From the human T2T-CHM13v2.0 reference genome, Homo sapiens, in the NCBI RefSeq assembly GCF_009914755.1, contig NC_060932.1: a stretch of DNA of 64,000 nucleotides, one strand, 5' to 3'. The first letter of the stretch is position 1. The number at the start of each line of letters is the position of its first letter. This document shows, in pieces, positions 1-12,350 of this stretch. The notes under the pieces are model-generated. The model was not told where the DNA came from. It saw only the letters and a list, made by a program, of their open reading frames with translations, and did not search any database. The position numbers and the translations under genes were made by a program.

Positions 1-65
1 ATTGATAACAGCTTAATGCATGCTCCTCTCAGTGACATTTCTGTAACAGTATTTTTTGCTAGTTT

Positions 66-173
66 TAAGTCTTTTGAGGGCAGGGACCATATCTTGTTTG
101 CTCTTATATCTTTACCACAGTCCTTGGAACACAGTAGATTCTTAATAAATATTCTTTGAATAAGTGGATGAAT
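66..173 (+). mobile_element. L2 LINE 3' end fragment
   Basis: gagggcagggaccatatcttg...ttaataaatattctttgaataagtggatgaat resembles the L2 3' terminus. Confidence 0.7.
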
Positions 174-1397
174 ACACACAAAGTGAGACTCAAAGAAGTT
201 GGTGTTCCATCTAGAGTTTCATGCACAGACAGGCATATCGGGATGGGAAATGGTAGGACAGGGCAAGTAGTTACTATGGCATCCTTGAGAAGTGATCATT
301 ATAGAATAGACCTATATAGTAAGGTGGGCCCAACATTTCAACATGATCTGCAACATCCATCATTAGCCCTATGGAGGACATTTATTAACCAGGGCTGTCC
401 ATGTTTTTAATGCACTCTCACTTGTGAGCCACAGCGATCTTCCTCCTATCTCCAGCTGTATCAAAAGGACTCCATCCTCATTCTGCAACCGAAAACTCTG
501 AGGCTTACATGCTACATATGTGCATAAATACAGCCACCCATAAATATAGTTTGTTTCCTTAGATCTTGCTTGCACTTGAATTTGCATGTCTTGTTTAAAT
601 ATTCTTATGAAATGAAGATGTAGAAATATGCATTATAGACCTTCTCTTGTATTGCACAATATGGTTGAGTGCCACAAGATTTGTAGCTTGGGAATGTAAT
701 GCACAGATTTATAGAATCTCGGGGAGGTTTGCCAGAATAAAAGACATCCCTCTGCTTTTAAGTATTTATTTTAGAATAAATATAGATTTACTTATAATGA
801 AACAGTAATAGTTTTCATTCTTTTTTTCACTCATCTTTTCTATAAATATGTAGCAATTGCATGCTTATTTTGAATGGAGAATTGTGTTAGGGACTCTGAA
901 AGTCCTAAAAATGAGAAAGCCTGAGTCTCTTTTCTTTAAGAGTCTAATCCAGTTGGAGTGACTTGGAGGAATTAAAGTATACTCCCTTCCTATTAAAAAA
1001 AGAAAGATACAAAAGAGTGTAAGAGTTAAGCAAAAATGCAACCAGTGCAGCTTCATAAGCTCCTGACTACATTCTGTGATGACAGTTTGACTTTGAATAT
1101 TCTTATATGGTGTAATGAAGTGAGAAGTTGAGTAGAGTAAATCCTCATTGCTCATCCTGTTGTTCATCATTTTGTTAATTCATTTTTGAGAATAAATGAA
1201 TGCTAATGGGTGTTCCTTTAAATGTACTAGCTAAGTGCCATCATGCTCTTATTAATTATGGGTTTATTGAGGAAGGAAAATGGAAGAGAAGTGCTTTTGT
1301 CCTCTAAAGGGAAGATTTTAGCTGTGGTTACAGTTAACAAACACATACCATTGGAAACTCCCAGAAGATGGGGGGTGGGGTTGGAGACAGGAAGAGA

Positions 1398-1400
<3 letters not shown>

Positions 1401-1430
<30 letters not shown>
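1401..1430. repeat. (CA)15 microsatellite
   Basis: Perfect CA run. Confidence 0.97.
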
Positions 1431-1434
<4 letters not shown>

Positions 1435-1561
1435 TGGATTTTGAAAGAGAACTGACAGAGCCCTATGGGAGAAGAACTACTTCTGTGTAAGTGGTTAAAG
1501 TACTTGGTAGTGTGCACTCAACTAACACAAGTGATGTATTTTTTGAGCTAGGAGGATTGGT

Positions 1562-1682
1562 GGTGTTATTCTCCTTTTACAGAGAAATAAACTGAACTTT
1601 AGAGATAATTTTGACTTGTCCGATGTATAAAAGTGGTATGTGCAGAAGACAAACTTTAGAAATTGAATCTTCTGATTCCAGA
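1562..1682 (-). mobile_element. MIR SINE fragment
   Basis: ttttacagagaaataaactgaac...gacttgtcc matches the reverse-complemented MIR core. Confidence 0.6.
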
Positions 1683-2039
1683 TTTTATGTGTTTCCCCTC
1701 ATTCTATCAGGCTCTGCCCTACAGTTTAGAGGAAACAGAGACAGTGGAGAATAGGGGAAACATTGCTTATTGCTCTTTATTTTCGATCCCTCATAAATTC
1801 ACCCATTCTTTCAGCATGTACTTACTGTGTGTCTAACACACACAGGGCCATACAGCAAACATACATCCCACTTTGAGAATGAAGGTGAGACAAGGGCCAA
1901 GAAAAGTCCCTGTTTTTAAAAGCCTGGAGGATTCTTCTAGAGCTGCCCTCTTGCTCTCTATCCTGCCATTCCAAATGACTCATTCTGCATTACATTAAGT
2001 GTAGCATCTTTCCAAAACTCTTGGTCTAAGCCTAGAGAT

Positions 2040-2861
2040 TGTTCTAGCCCAAGATTCTAGCAAGATTTTTATCGCCTGCTGCACAGAAAAGCCAATACAT
2101 GGAGACAGCAGTGTTGCAGCACAGAAAGAGTTTAATTATCACAGGGCAGCTGAGCAAGAAGAAGGGAGTTATTTCTCAAATGTACCTCCCTGAAAACTCA
2201 GAGGCTAGGGTTTTTAAGGATAATTTGGTGGGCAGGGGCTAGGAAATGGGTGCTGTGGTTTGGCTGGGAATGGTATCATAGGGATGTTGAAATTGTCTTT
2301 GTGCGCTGAGTCAGTTTCTGGGTAGAATTCACAGGACAAGTTGAGTCAGTTTCTTGGTATGGGTCACAGGTCCAAGTGGCATCATGTGGTCCACCAGGAT
2401 GCAAAAGTCTGAAAAGTATCTCAAAGACCAGTCTTAGGTTTTATAATAGTGATGTTATTTAGAGGAGCAATTGGGGAAATTAACAAATCTTGACATTCGA
2501 CTACATGACTCCTGAGCAGTAAGCAATTATAGAAAAGCAAGCTAGGGAAAAATGGCTGGTTATCACTTAACTATGTCTATGTCTTAGCAGAATTCAGGCC
2601 CTTCTCATAATTCTAACCTTGTGGTCTTTCATTAGCTTTACAAAGGCAGTTTTGGTCCCTGAACGAGGAGGCGGTTTGTTTCAGGAAGGGACTATTATCA
2701 TCCTTGCTTTAAAGTTAAACCATAAACAGCATTCTTCCCATTCTTAGCTTGGCCTATGCCCAAGAATGAGCAAGGGCAGTTAGCTTGTGAGGTTAGAAGC
2801 AGAATGGAGTCAGTTATGTTAGATTTCTCTCACTGTTATTATTTTTGCAAAGGCAGTTTCA
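2040..2861 (-). mobile_element. Complete ERV1 solo LTR, LTR8/LTR8A-like
   Basis: Minus strand begins TGAAACTGCCTTTGCAAAA...ACTGACTCCATTCTGCTTCTAACCTC (LTR8 5' signature); TG...CA termini; 4-bp TSD AGAT at 2036-2039 and 2862-2865. Confidence 0.9.
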
Positions 2862-3240
2862 AGATGTCCTTGTTTCTTCTTTTGCACCTGCTCCAATGTG
2901 GTCATCAGGTCTTTCTCCATGTTTCTTTAATTTCTAATTCACACAGTGCAGGTCTTCATGGCTAAATGTTTTCATTTCTTAATAGACTCTTGAACAACTG
3001 CACCTAATCCAGTGTACTTGGCATGGAGTTCCTAGAGTCATATTTGATGAACATATTTTACAATCTTCCATTTCCTTAAGAATATAGTGTCTCCTTTTCC
3101 ATATCCCACCTTATCCTAACTCTAACCAAGTGCGACAGGCTCTACATTGTCCAGCTGCCTCTCCTTCCGTCTAAGCCTGTCCCCAATTATTCCCCAGCAT
3201 AATTCCTCCACTTTCTGTGGACTAGACCTTAGTGTCTACT

Positions 3241-3286
3241 GTGTGCATGCATGTGTGCATGCACATGCGCACACACACACACACAC
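3241..3286. repeat. Alternating purine-pyrimidine (TG/CA/TGCA) tract
   Basis: gtgtgcatgcatgtgtgcatgcacatgcgcacacacacacacacac. Confidence 0.9.
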
Positions 3287-3519
3287 TTTTCCTCTCTCTT
3301 GAAATTCTTCCTCAAAAATAAAAAAAAATATAATAATATCAATTGCAAAATAATTTTATAAGAATTAGATAATATAACAAGTAAAAATAAAGTGCTTTGC
3401 CTGGTTCAGAATAAGCTTTAAACAGGAAATAAATTATGAATTTGTATTTATCCACACCCTAAAACTCAGTCCACATTGACCGCTCTTTTGCTTTGGGCAA
3501 CCTCCCCGATTTTATGAAT

Positions 3520-4044
3520 TGAAGGAGTCCAGAATAAACCATTGTGGCATAAAAATTATTTTTAGCTGAAGGCATTTGAGTTCCTAAAATCCCTTATCTG
3601 TCTATAAGCAGAGCCTCCCCGAAGAACTCAATTGTCATAAATCCCCTCCCTGGGAGCAGCTGTAATCTCTTCTTGGAGAGGAGAAGTTGGCACCACACCC
3701 AAACAAACATTGTCACAAAATTATCACATCTCCCATCTATTCTCCCAAGGGCCCATTTATCTTTCCAAAAAGTCGTTTGTTTTTCCATAAGTTTCTCCCT
3801 GCTCCCCAAGAAGTCATTTGTTCTCCCAGAAACACCTGTTTGTCCCTTCCTATAACCTATTAACATAGTGTACAAGCCCCCAATTCTAGCCATCTCCTTC
3901 AGTCACATTTTTTTTGTGAACTCCTGCATACATTTGTAATTAAATGTTTTATTTTCTCTTGCTAATCTGTCTTCTGTCAGTTTAATTTGCAGGCTTCCAA
4001 TCACTAAATTTAAGAGGGTAGAGAAAAGCTTTTACTCCCCAACA
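3520..4044 (+). mobile_element. ERV1 solo LTR, MER34/MER39-like
   Basis: Starts TGAAGGAGTCCAGAAT...TGGCATAAAAATTATTTTTAGCTGAAGGCATTTGAG; ends tgtcagtttaatttgcagg...gagggtagagaaaagcttttactccccaACA. Confidence 0.75.
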
Positions 4045-4399
4045 ATATCATTTATATTATTTAGTACTTGTTACATTACGTAGGTTTGCTTGTTTATTTA
4101 TGATGCTGTACCTTTTCTCAAATCGATTGTAAACTGCTTTAGATCAAGGACCATATTTTCATCTGTGTGTTTGTGTGTCTGTGTGTGGGGGTGCACATGT
4201 GTATACTTTATGGCGTCTATTATAGTGCTGTGGATACTATTGAATTAAATATCTGTTACAATGTAGCATATACAAGAAATGATATTTCTGGATGAATGAA
4301 TAAAGGAATAAAGGAAATCATGGATATTGGTCATGTGATTATTCTTTAGGATGCAAAGCTACCTATGAGGGTCTCTTTATAACCATTTACTCTTTTCCA

Positions 4400-5502
4400 G
4401 CCCCTCATCTTGATTCCTTCTCCTTCAACACCCATACCCAGTCAATCATTATGTTTTGTCAGTTCCACTTAGCTCATCACTCTTGAATCTGTATTTCTAT
4501 AAGTCCAGACCATCTGCTTTCTCTTGCAGGTTCATACTCTGCAGGGCAGCCTAGTTGGATGGTACTAAAGGACAGGGATGATTATGTCACTCTCTTGCTT
4601 AAAATCCTTTATTAGTTTCCCACTCCCCTTGGGATACAGTCCAAATTGCTCAACATGGGTGTCTTAGTTTGGTTTCTTCAGAGGGTACAGTATGAGACAC
4701 AGATTTGGGTGGTGGTGGTTTATTTGGGAGGTGATCCCACAGAATAGCGTGAGGGAACCAGGAGTGTGAACATGAGAAAAAAAAAATCAATATAGGGTTT
4801 GCTATTGAGCTGGTCCTTATGGCAGATGACTGGGCTCAATTCCCTGGAGACCATCTGAGGAACCACACAGGATCCTTCTCAGAATTGTCCCCCAAGGATG
4901 AAATTGGGCACGTATCTGCTGACAGCATTTCTGTTGGTTGGAGAACTATACCTGGAGCTGGGCTATCTGCTTCCCCCAAACTTCCGGCTGCTTCTGTGTG
5001 TAGGTGAGCAGCTTTCTACAGCCTCAGAGAAAGCCTTGAGGCAGAACGCTTACTCTGCAGGGTGTACAACCCACACTTGATATTCCCAGACTGATATTCC
5101 CAGACTCCCCCAGATGTACCATGCTTTTGCTCATGTGTACATCTGATTCCTTTACCTGGAATTCTTTTCTCCTTGATGACTTCTGCTTTCCTTTAGATTT
5201 TAGGGCAGGTATTGCTTCCTTGAGGAAACCTTCCCTGCTTGGTGTCCCCATGCCCTGCCATGTGCCCATAGGAAGGAGTTAGTTTGCTCCTCTTTTGTGT
5301 TCCCATAACACACCCTTTTAAATTATACTTACTGCTCTGCATTGTCATTATGGTCTACTTGAAGAGTGAAAGTTACATGAGGCCAAGGGCTATGTCTTTT
5401 CCATCATTATATCCTACCATAGATCCTATCTATAGATCCTTATATAGTAGATGGAACACAATATATGCTCAATAAATATTTATGGAACAAAGAATAAATG
5501 AA
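4400..5502 (+). mobile_element. L2 LINE 3' region, split by an ERVL LTR
   Basis: atgtcactctcttgcttaaaatcc...gtccaaattgctcaacatgg before the LTR; gctcaataaatatttatggaacaaagaataaatgaa terminus. Confidence 0.7.
4660..5075 (-). mobile_element. ERVL LTR (LTR33/LTR16-like)
   Basis: tgtcttagtttggtttcttcag...tgagacacagatttgg...gtttatttgggaggtgatccc, with AATAAA on the minus strand. Confidence 0.7.
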
Positions 5503-5536
5503 CTACGTAATAGTTGTGCCCTGAATATCTTCTAAT

Positions 5537-5690
5537 GTATTAGTACTCTAGTTTCTAAGAAACACAAAGCCCAACCCAAATTGACTTAAGCCAAAAAGAT
5601 AATTCAGTACTTAATTAATTAACTGAAAAATGCTGGGCAGATCTGGCTTTAGGGACAGCTTAATGAGGACTCAAACATTGGCCTTGGGAT
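5537..5690 (-). mobile_element. Old MaLR LTR fragment (MLT1J/K/L-like)
   Basis: tgtattag...cccaacccaaattgacttaagccaaaaag...taactgaaaaatg. Confidence 0.55.
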
Positions 5691-5748
5691 ATGGCTCCTC
5701 CGTGGGAGGCGGGTAGGTAAAAGAGAGGCAGATGGGGTGAAGCAGTGA

Positions 5749-6150
5749 TACCTTAGAGGGGGCACCTCTGAAGCAGAAATGTAGACAAGGATTCTTGTAC
5801 AAGTAATTTATTGGGGAAATGTCTTCGGAAGGGGAATGAGGAAAACAGGATGGGGCAGTAGAAGCTAAACAAGGATGTGGTCTCAGCAGGAGTGTGATCC
5901 CACGGGGAGCTCTGGAGTGTGAATTAAACCGTGAAGTTGGTTCCACCTTAAGGCAAAGGGAATGGCTTTTTGGACCCCAGTGTTCACTTAGTCACTGTCT
6001 GTGGGCTGCCTCTGGGGTGTGTGTATGTGTGTGAACCTCTGTCTAGGTGGCACCTGTTTGACTGAGGGTAATTCTTTTCATACAGTGAGCTCAGAACTGT
6101 TAGCAGCTAGGGGATGGGACATGGGCCTGGTAAAGGGATCTAGGCAATTG
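5749..6150 (-). mobile_element. ERVL LTR (LTR16-like)
   Basis: gaagcagaaatgtagacaaggattcttgtacaagtaatttattgggg...gatcccacggggagctctggag. Confidence 0.65.
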
Positions 6151-7385
6151 TGCCCAGGAAAGGAGAGGTGAAGATCCAGGTCTTTTGGAATTATATGGAC
6201 TGAGACTCAAGGAAGGTGAGTTAAAAAAAAAAAATCTGGGTGCTGGGATCCAAAGAAGAGGAGGTAGATGTTAAAAAAAAAAAAAAAAAAAAGCAACCTA
6301 TATACTGCATCCTGAAGGCAACGGTCTTTCTTGTTAGAGAAGGCACAGCCCTTCATACTTCTGGTCCCCAGGACTGTGTTGCCCCAAAAGGACATGTTTA
6401 TAGGTTTAACCTGTGACATGCTGCATAACAAAAGACTTGAAATCTATTCTTTGGTTCTGGTATTCCCCTGTGTTGTCATTATACCTGGTTAACCACTTGA
6501 ATGGCCGAATGTTTAATTAGAGTAGGTACGATAGAAAGAAAAGGGAGCACTATGGAAAGACAGTGAGTGGGGAGGGAGACAGGAGCATACTTTCTGAGAG
6601 AGAATTTTCCCACTTTCAGCATTTTTGCTTTTTGGGTGGGGAGAGATAGAGAAAAATATACTCCATAATTTTACAATCTTGGGCCTTGTCATTCTTCCTA
6701 TCATCAGTTGGCAGGATCTGGGAAGAAATTTTTAAAAACCCACCATAACACATTCAGCTGGGAAGAAATGTGAAGTTTCTGTTTCATCCTGGAGCCATGA
6801 GAAGGTTATGACATCTGACCTACCTAAAACAGGAAGAAAGCGGCCACTCGGTCTTCTTTTCTGTCCTATAGCTCCCTTTAATTAGCTCCAGGTAGTGGAC
6901 CCGAACATATATGGCAGATGGAACATTCACACGTCGTCTGAATCATTGTCCTTCACAGTCTCTTACTTCCTTCAAGCATTGCAGTAGGTTTAAACAACCA
7001 CACATTTTAGTGGTTTCTCTATTTAGATTTCAATTTGAACATATGTTTGTTATAGTTTTTGAACTTGAGTTAATGTCTTGAGGGGACAACTATGAGAATA
7101 TTCCTTAATTGGGGTTCTGTTTGAGTTCGATTATTAAGGATAATGAGTGTAACTATTTATTAGTCTAAGTAAGTCCCTCTGACATGGAAACATCTGTCAT
7201 GTGAAAATACAAGGCTATAGACTTTGCTGGTGTACAGTTCCCCTCCAATGATGAAACTTAATCTTACCAAGCATATACCCATTAATCCTCACTTGATCTT
7301 CAACCTTATGGGATCTATTATTCTGATTCTGTTCCTTTGGCGGTATGCTCCTCCACCCTACCCCCAAGTTTTAATCGCTCTTTAA

Positions 7386-7866
<481 letters not shown>

Positions 7867-7941
7867 TAATACTGAGTGTCTCAAAGTTCAGTTCTTGGCT
7901 CTCTTTATGGTTTTTGTCATATCAGTGTATTGCCTGCACAA

Positions 7942-8129
7942 TTTTTTTTTTTTTTTTTTTAATTAGAGACAGGGTCTTGCTATGTTGCTCAGGCTGGAGT
8001 GCTGTTCCTATTCATAGGTACAATCATAGATCATACTGCATCGCAATCTCCATCTCCTGGCCTCAAATAGTCCTCCTGACTCAACCTCCCAGGTAGCTGG
8101 GACTGTAGGTGCACACCACCATACCCAGC
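7942..8129 (-). mobile_element. FAM (fossil Alu monomer)
   Basis: Monomer retaining the 7SL-derived ctattcataggtacaatcatag segment absent from dimeric Alu arms; poly-T; flanking tgcacaatt repeat. Confidence 0.8.
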
Positions 8130-8149
8130 ATGTGCACAATTTTTAATTT

Positions 8150-8864
8150 AAAACTTTTCCCTACATTAACCCACATTTTAAAAGTTTACATACTACTTTA
8201 GCCTCATCTTACGTAATAATATCCATGTATCTGAGATTTAGTGTGCCATTTGTTTACCTTATCTTGTTAGCTCTATGGTACACATTTCTCCATAAGTTAA
8301 TATCTTTGAAGTCATGAGGAATCATACAATGGATGCCAGTTCCCATCCTTGGGCTTTCTATGGATCGGGCAGCAATCAGGACATAGTTGTCATTGCCTGA
8401 CACCTTCTGGTGAGAAGAAGAAGGCAGCAGATAAAAACGAATGGATGTTAGCAGCACAGATGAAGATCCTGAAGCCACTGCGGGGAGCATGCTTGAAGAA
8501 ATGCAGCTTCACCACCTTCACCAATGTTATTGATGGAGTGGATGATGACATCGTGTGGGAAACACAGGCATTGTTGACTTCGAGTTTAAAAGTGATTCCA
8601 AAAAGTTGAACACTTGATTGTAAAGAAACTTAAGAAATATTTAGCTAATTAAATTTTCATATATATTTCTTTTTATGTATGCCCAAGTGTGTTATATTTT
8701 AAAATTCTATGTCTAAAGAATCCTAAAGCTATCAGTAAGAATAAAATAGAAATGTTAAGTGATAAGAAAACTTTGGATCATAGCAATGTCCTGTTTTTCT
8801 TAGCACTGCAGGAAATACTGGTGTATATCACAATTGAAAGTGTCTTATACTTGAGGAAATATTG
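8150..8864 (+). mobile_element. Tc2/pogo-like DNA transposon remnant (Kanga2_a/MER104-like)
   Basis: ORF 8349-8609 contains LKKCSFTTFTNVIDGVDDDIVWE (pogo-type FKKCxISNxLDGxEDDxLW C-terminal motif); end gtcttatacttgaggaaatattg resembles the Tc2 TIR. Confidence 0.7.
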
Positions 8865-8892
8865 CATTATTTTCATTTTTATTTTTTAAATA

Positions 8893-9024
8893 GTTTTTTT
8901 TTCTTGTAGAGACGGGGTTTCACTGTGTTGCCCAGGCTGGTCACAAACTCCTGACCTCAAGTAATCCTTTGGCCACACCATTCTCAAGTGTTGGGATTCC
9001 AGGCATGAGCCCCTGTGCCTGGCC
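8893..9024 (-). mobile_element. FLAM_C / Alu left monomer
   Basis: tagagacggggtttcactgtgttgcccagg...gcctggcc. Confidence 0.85.
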
Positions 9025-9244
9025 TTCCTTTTCTAACACACATTGAAATACTGACCAACCAATCCATTCATGTGCAATCTGAAAGCTTCTGAAGTACTTC
9101 CAGCAGTGCGTGTGTTGTGTTTGGGGTAATGTTAGTGATTAAGTGGAGTTTATTGTGAGTCGGAGCCTGGCCTTATTCACTTACTAGTAATGTGATTTGG
9201 GCATTCCTTACTTGGTAAGTGCCAGTGCTTTATTTTTTAAGCAG

Positions 9245-10090
9245 GTATCTGGAGTGGATACCCTCAGAAGCAGATCCTGAGACCAAAATTGGAATGTAAA
9301 TAGTACCCATGATCCAAGGACACAGAGTGTCTTAGTCCATTCAAGCTGCTATATCAAAATATCGTAAACTTGGTGGCTCACAAACAATAGACAGTTGTTT
9401 TTCATATTTCCGGAGTCTGGGAAATCCAAGATCAAGGTGCTAACAGATTTGGTACCTGGTGAGGGCCCGATTCCTGGTTCATAAATGTGCCTTCTTGCTA
9501 TGTCCTTACAGTGTGGAAGGGGGCAGTTAGCTCTCTGGGTTCTCTTTTATAAGGGTACTAATCCCATTCATGGAGGGTCTGCCCTCATGACTTAATCACT
9601 TCCCAAAGGCCCCACCTCCTAACACCATCACCTTGGGGGTTAGGATTTTGACATGTGAATATGGAGGGGACACAGACATTCAGATCATAGCACAAAGATA
9701 ATGGAAAAGTGAGACAAGGAGAAAAAAAGGGAGCTGACACAGGTATGTTAATGAGCAGGTCATCACTCTGGGCCACTGGGGCTCCATCCCTTTGGGAACC
9801 TCTAACCCAGGCATGTGTAGAACATGCCTCAGCACTACCCCATCTAAAGGGTGATGAAGCTAGGGTATTTATCTGTCAAATACTGTTCTGTATTAATTGA
9901 GAACTGCTCCCAGGGATGTTAGCTCCATAGCATTTCTGGCCTGCCCCATGCACCTGCAGACAGACATATGCCTGAAGCCAGAAGAAATCCTGAGGCAGAG
10001 ATGAGTTGGTGATTGCAGGAGGAAGCTATTGACATGAATGGGAATGGGGAGTGCTGTGAGAATGCAGGCAGGGTGTCAGCAACATTTCCT
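9245..10090 (-). mobile_element. ERVL LTR (LTR33-like), split by MLT1A
   Basis: ccctcagaagcagatcctgagacc... resumes at 9693 with aagtgagacaagg...gttaatgagcagg...ctggggctccatccc. Confidence 0.65.
9328..9692 (-). mobile_element. Complete MaLR solo LTR (MLT1A/MLT1A0-like)
   Basis: tgtcttagtccattcaagctgctat...gacacagacattcagatcatagca; 5-bp TSD cagag/caaag. Confidence 0.9.
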
Positions 10091-10689
10091 CCCGTGGGAA
10101 TAACAACACTACCTCAAAGTGCTATTGTGAGTATTAAATGCAATCAGACATATAAACACTTGTATGTAGTAAATGTTTACAAATGTTGCTAACTTATCAT
10201 TAGATATCATTCTCTCCTTGGACTCTTGACTGTCTCACCAATCTGTTGGGCTGGGATTCAATATTCTGTAGCAATCCCACATTATGTGAGATTTTGCTTT
10301 TGTGTGTTCTTAGGCACTTCGTTCTCTACCCCTTGGTTAGTGTGTCTTCACTCCAGTTGGCCAACTGGCAAAACTTTAAGAAGTATGTTCTCATCTCTGT
10401 ATTTGAATGTGCTACTGCTGCCTCATCACTGTATGGCATTTAGATGACTCTCCTCTTTTTTGGTATTTGTTCACTTCGTTCCACTCCTGATTATGTATAC
10501 TATGTATTCAAATTCTTTTAAAAGTAACTTTATATTTTCATCAGTTACATAAGAATTACATGCTCATATAGGGATCAAACACTTCTAATCCTACCACTGA
10601 AAGAATCACTGATAACTTTAATCTTTGATATTTTCTGGGAGTTTTAAAATAAATTTTGGTAGACATTCATCTGTCTCCTACCCATTACT

Positions 10690-11560
10690 GACACTGGCCT
10701 TTTCTCTTCTTAACTGAACCCAGATTTTTTGGAACACGGACATTTTCCCCCACAACCATGTATATTAGCTTTACGGTTTGTGCTCTGGTCTAAGTGTTTG
10801 TGTCCCTCAAAATTCATACACTGAAACCTAATTGCCAGTGTGATAGTGTTAGAAGATAGGGGCTTTGGGAGGTAATTAGGTTAGGAGGGTTTCACCCTCA
10901 TGAATGGGATTAATACACTTAGAAGAGACCCCAGAGAGGCAGCTAGCTCCTTTTACCGTGTAGGAACACAGATAGAAGGAGCCATCCATGAACCAGAGAG
11001 GGAGCCCTCACCAGACATGAAATCTGTGGGCGCCTTGATTTTGGATTTCCCAGACTCTAGAACTGTAAGAAATAAATTTCTGTTATTTATAAGCCACCCA
11101 GTTTATGATATTTTTGTTACAGCATTCAGAATGGACTAAAATAGTTTAATAGGACTGACCTAGCCCACCTCCAGGAATGGGGTTTAAGTGACCCAAGTCT
11201 TTCAGAAAATCCCACCTCTTTGACAGAATTTTTGGTTAGTGGTGGGCATCAGCTCAGGCCTAAGCCAACCAATGCATGATATTTTTCTGCTTCAGAAGTA
11301 GTCATAACATCTGCAGTGGCCAAACAGATGTAAGGAAGGGCCTCTGTCCCTTCCCCTGATGAGCAGGGGAGAGACACTGTCCCCCTTCTGCTGGACCAGA
11401 AAGAGAAAGCCTATAGTTTTGATTGCTGCTGACAGCTTTCTGTCCTATAAATTTGCAAGGCCTGAGCTTTAGCTATTATTGTGTATGGGAGAGTGGTGAG
11501 AGGTCAAGAAAGAGTGGGTTGGGTCTGTTCCAAGACAGCCAACTCTAGAGACTCCTCAGG
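10690..11560 (+). mobile_element. Old MaLR LTR (MLT1K/L-like), split by MLT1A0
   Basis: aactgaacccagatttt...; gtgacccaag...ttggttagtggtgggcat...ctaagccaacc. Confidence 0.5.
10781..11143 (+). mobile_element. Complete MaLR solo LTR (MLT1A0-like)
   Basis: tgctctggtctaagtgtttgtgtccc...aaataaatttctgttatttataagccaccc...atggactaaaata; TSD gtttg/gttta. Confidence 0.88.
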
Positions 11561-12114
11561 GATGGGATAATTCACATGTCTACCAAATGTTTTGTTCCAT
11601 AACCAGAGAGATGCTCAGGATGTTCCCTTGGACTTCCTCATGAGTATCAGTGTCCATAGAGGTAGATAATACAAATGATCATTTTCTTATAGACTGGGAG
11701 AAGGTCAATAGTGAGCATCAACCCTTTTGGGAAGGCGTATGTTTCTAGCAAATACTCCTCTAAGGTGCCTTCCATTTTGTCTCTGCTGTAGTGAAGACGT
11801 ATCATGATGTTTGCTCTCCTCAGGGGATGAGAAAGTGAAATAAGAGTCCTGATATTCCTTTCTTGTGAGAGATGCTTAGAGTTTGCTCCACAGTAGCACT
11901 GTGTTCTAAGCCAAGCCACAAGTCTGTGGGAGTAGTGATACTTAGTGGTCATGTTCAAATGTGGAAGAGGAGAAGAGATTGCTGGGATAAAGGATCCTAA
12001 ACCCTCAAAGGGCTCTTTATTGCACCTATAAATTCTTGAGAGATTTCTGAGGAGGGAAAAACTAAGGAGCCTTTGATGCTAGATATCTGGTTCTGGTGAG
12101 CTGGGTTGTACTAC

Positions 12115-12350
12115 ACAGAGCTCCTAAGGGTCCGCCTGTCTAGGTTTGAATCCAGGCTCCATAAGTTCCTACCTTGGTAATCTCAGGCAAGTTACATAAA
12201 CTCACTGAGCTTCAGTTTCCTCATCTATACAAGCCATACACTAATAGCACTTACCTCATAGGGTTGTGGTGGGCATTCAATGAGAAAATGATTATAAAAC
12301 ACTTAGCACAATACCTGGCACAAAGTAGCTGTTCAGTACATATTGATCAC
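12115..12350 (+). mobile_element. MIR SINE
   Basis: ggtttgaatccaggctcc...ggcaagttac...cttcagtttcctcatct...acctcatagggttgt...cacttagcacaatacctggcac. Confidence 0.85.

Larger units (their letters stand above)
9150..10200 (+). mobile_element. MIR split into two halves (about 9150-9240 and 10095-10200)
   Basis: cacttactagtaatgtgatttgggc... then gggaataacaacactacctcaaagtgctattgtgagtattaaatg. Confidence 0.55.

Noticed and set aside
5078-5105. 14-bp tandem duplication tgatattcccagac at the LTR/L2 junction
   Set aside because: Ordinary slippage duplication; the copies are adjacent, so it is not a TSD.
6223-6292. Two A runs (A12, A20), a possible processed-transcript tail
   Set aside because: No TSD or identifiable upstream transcript sequence.
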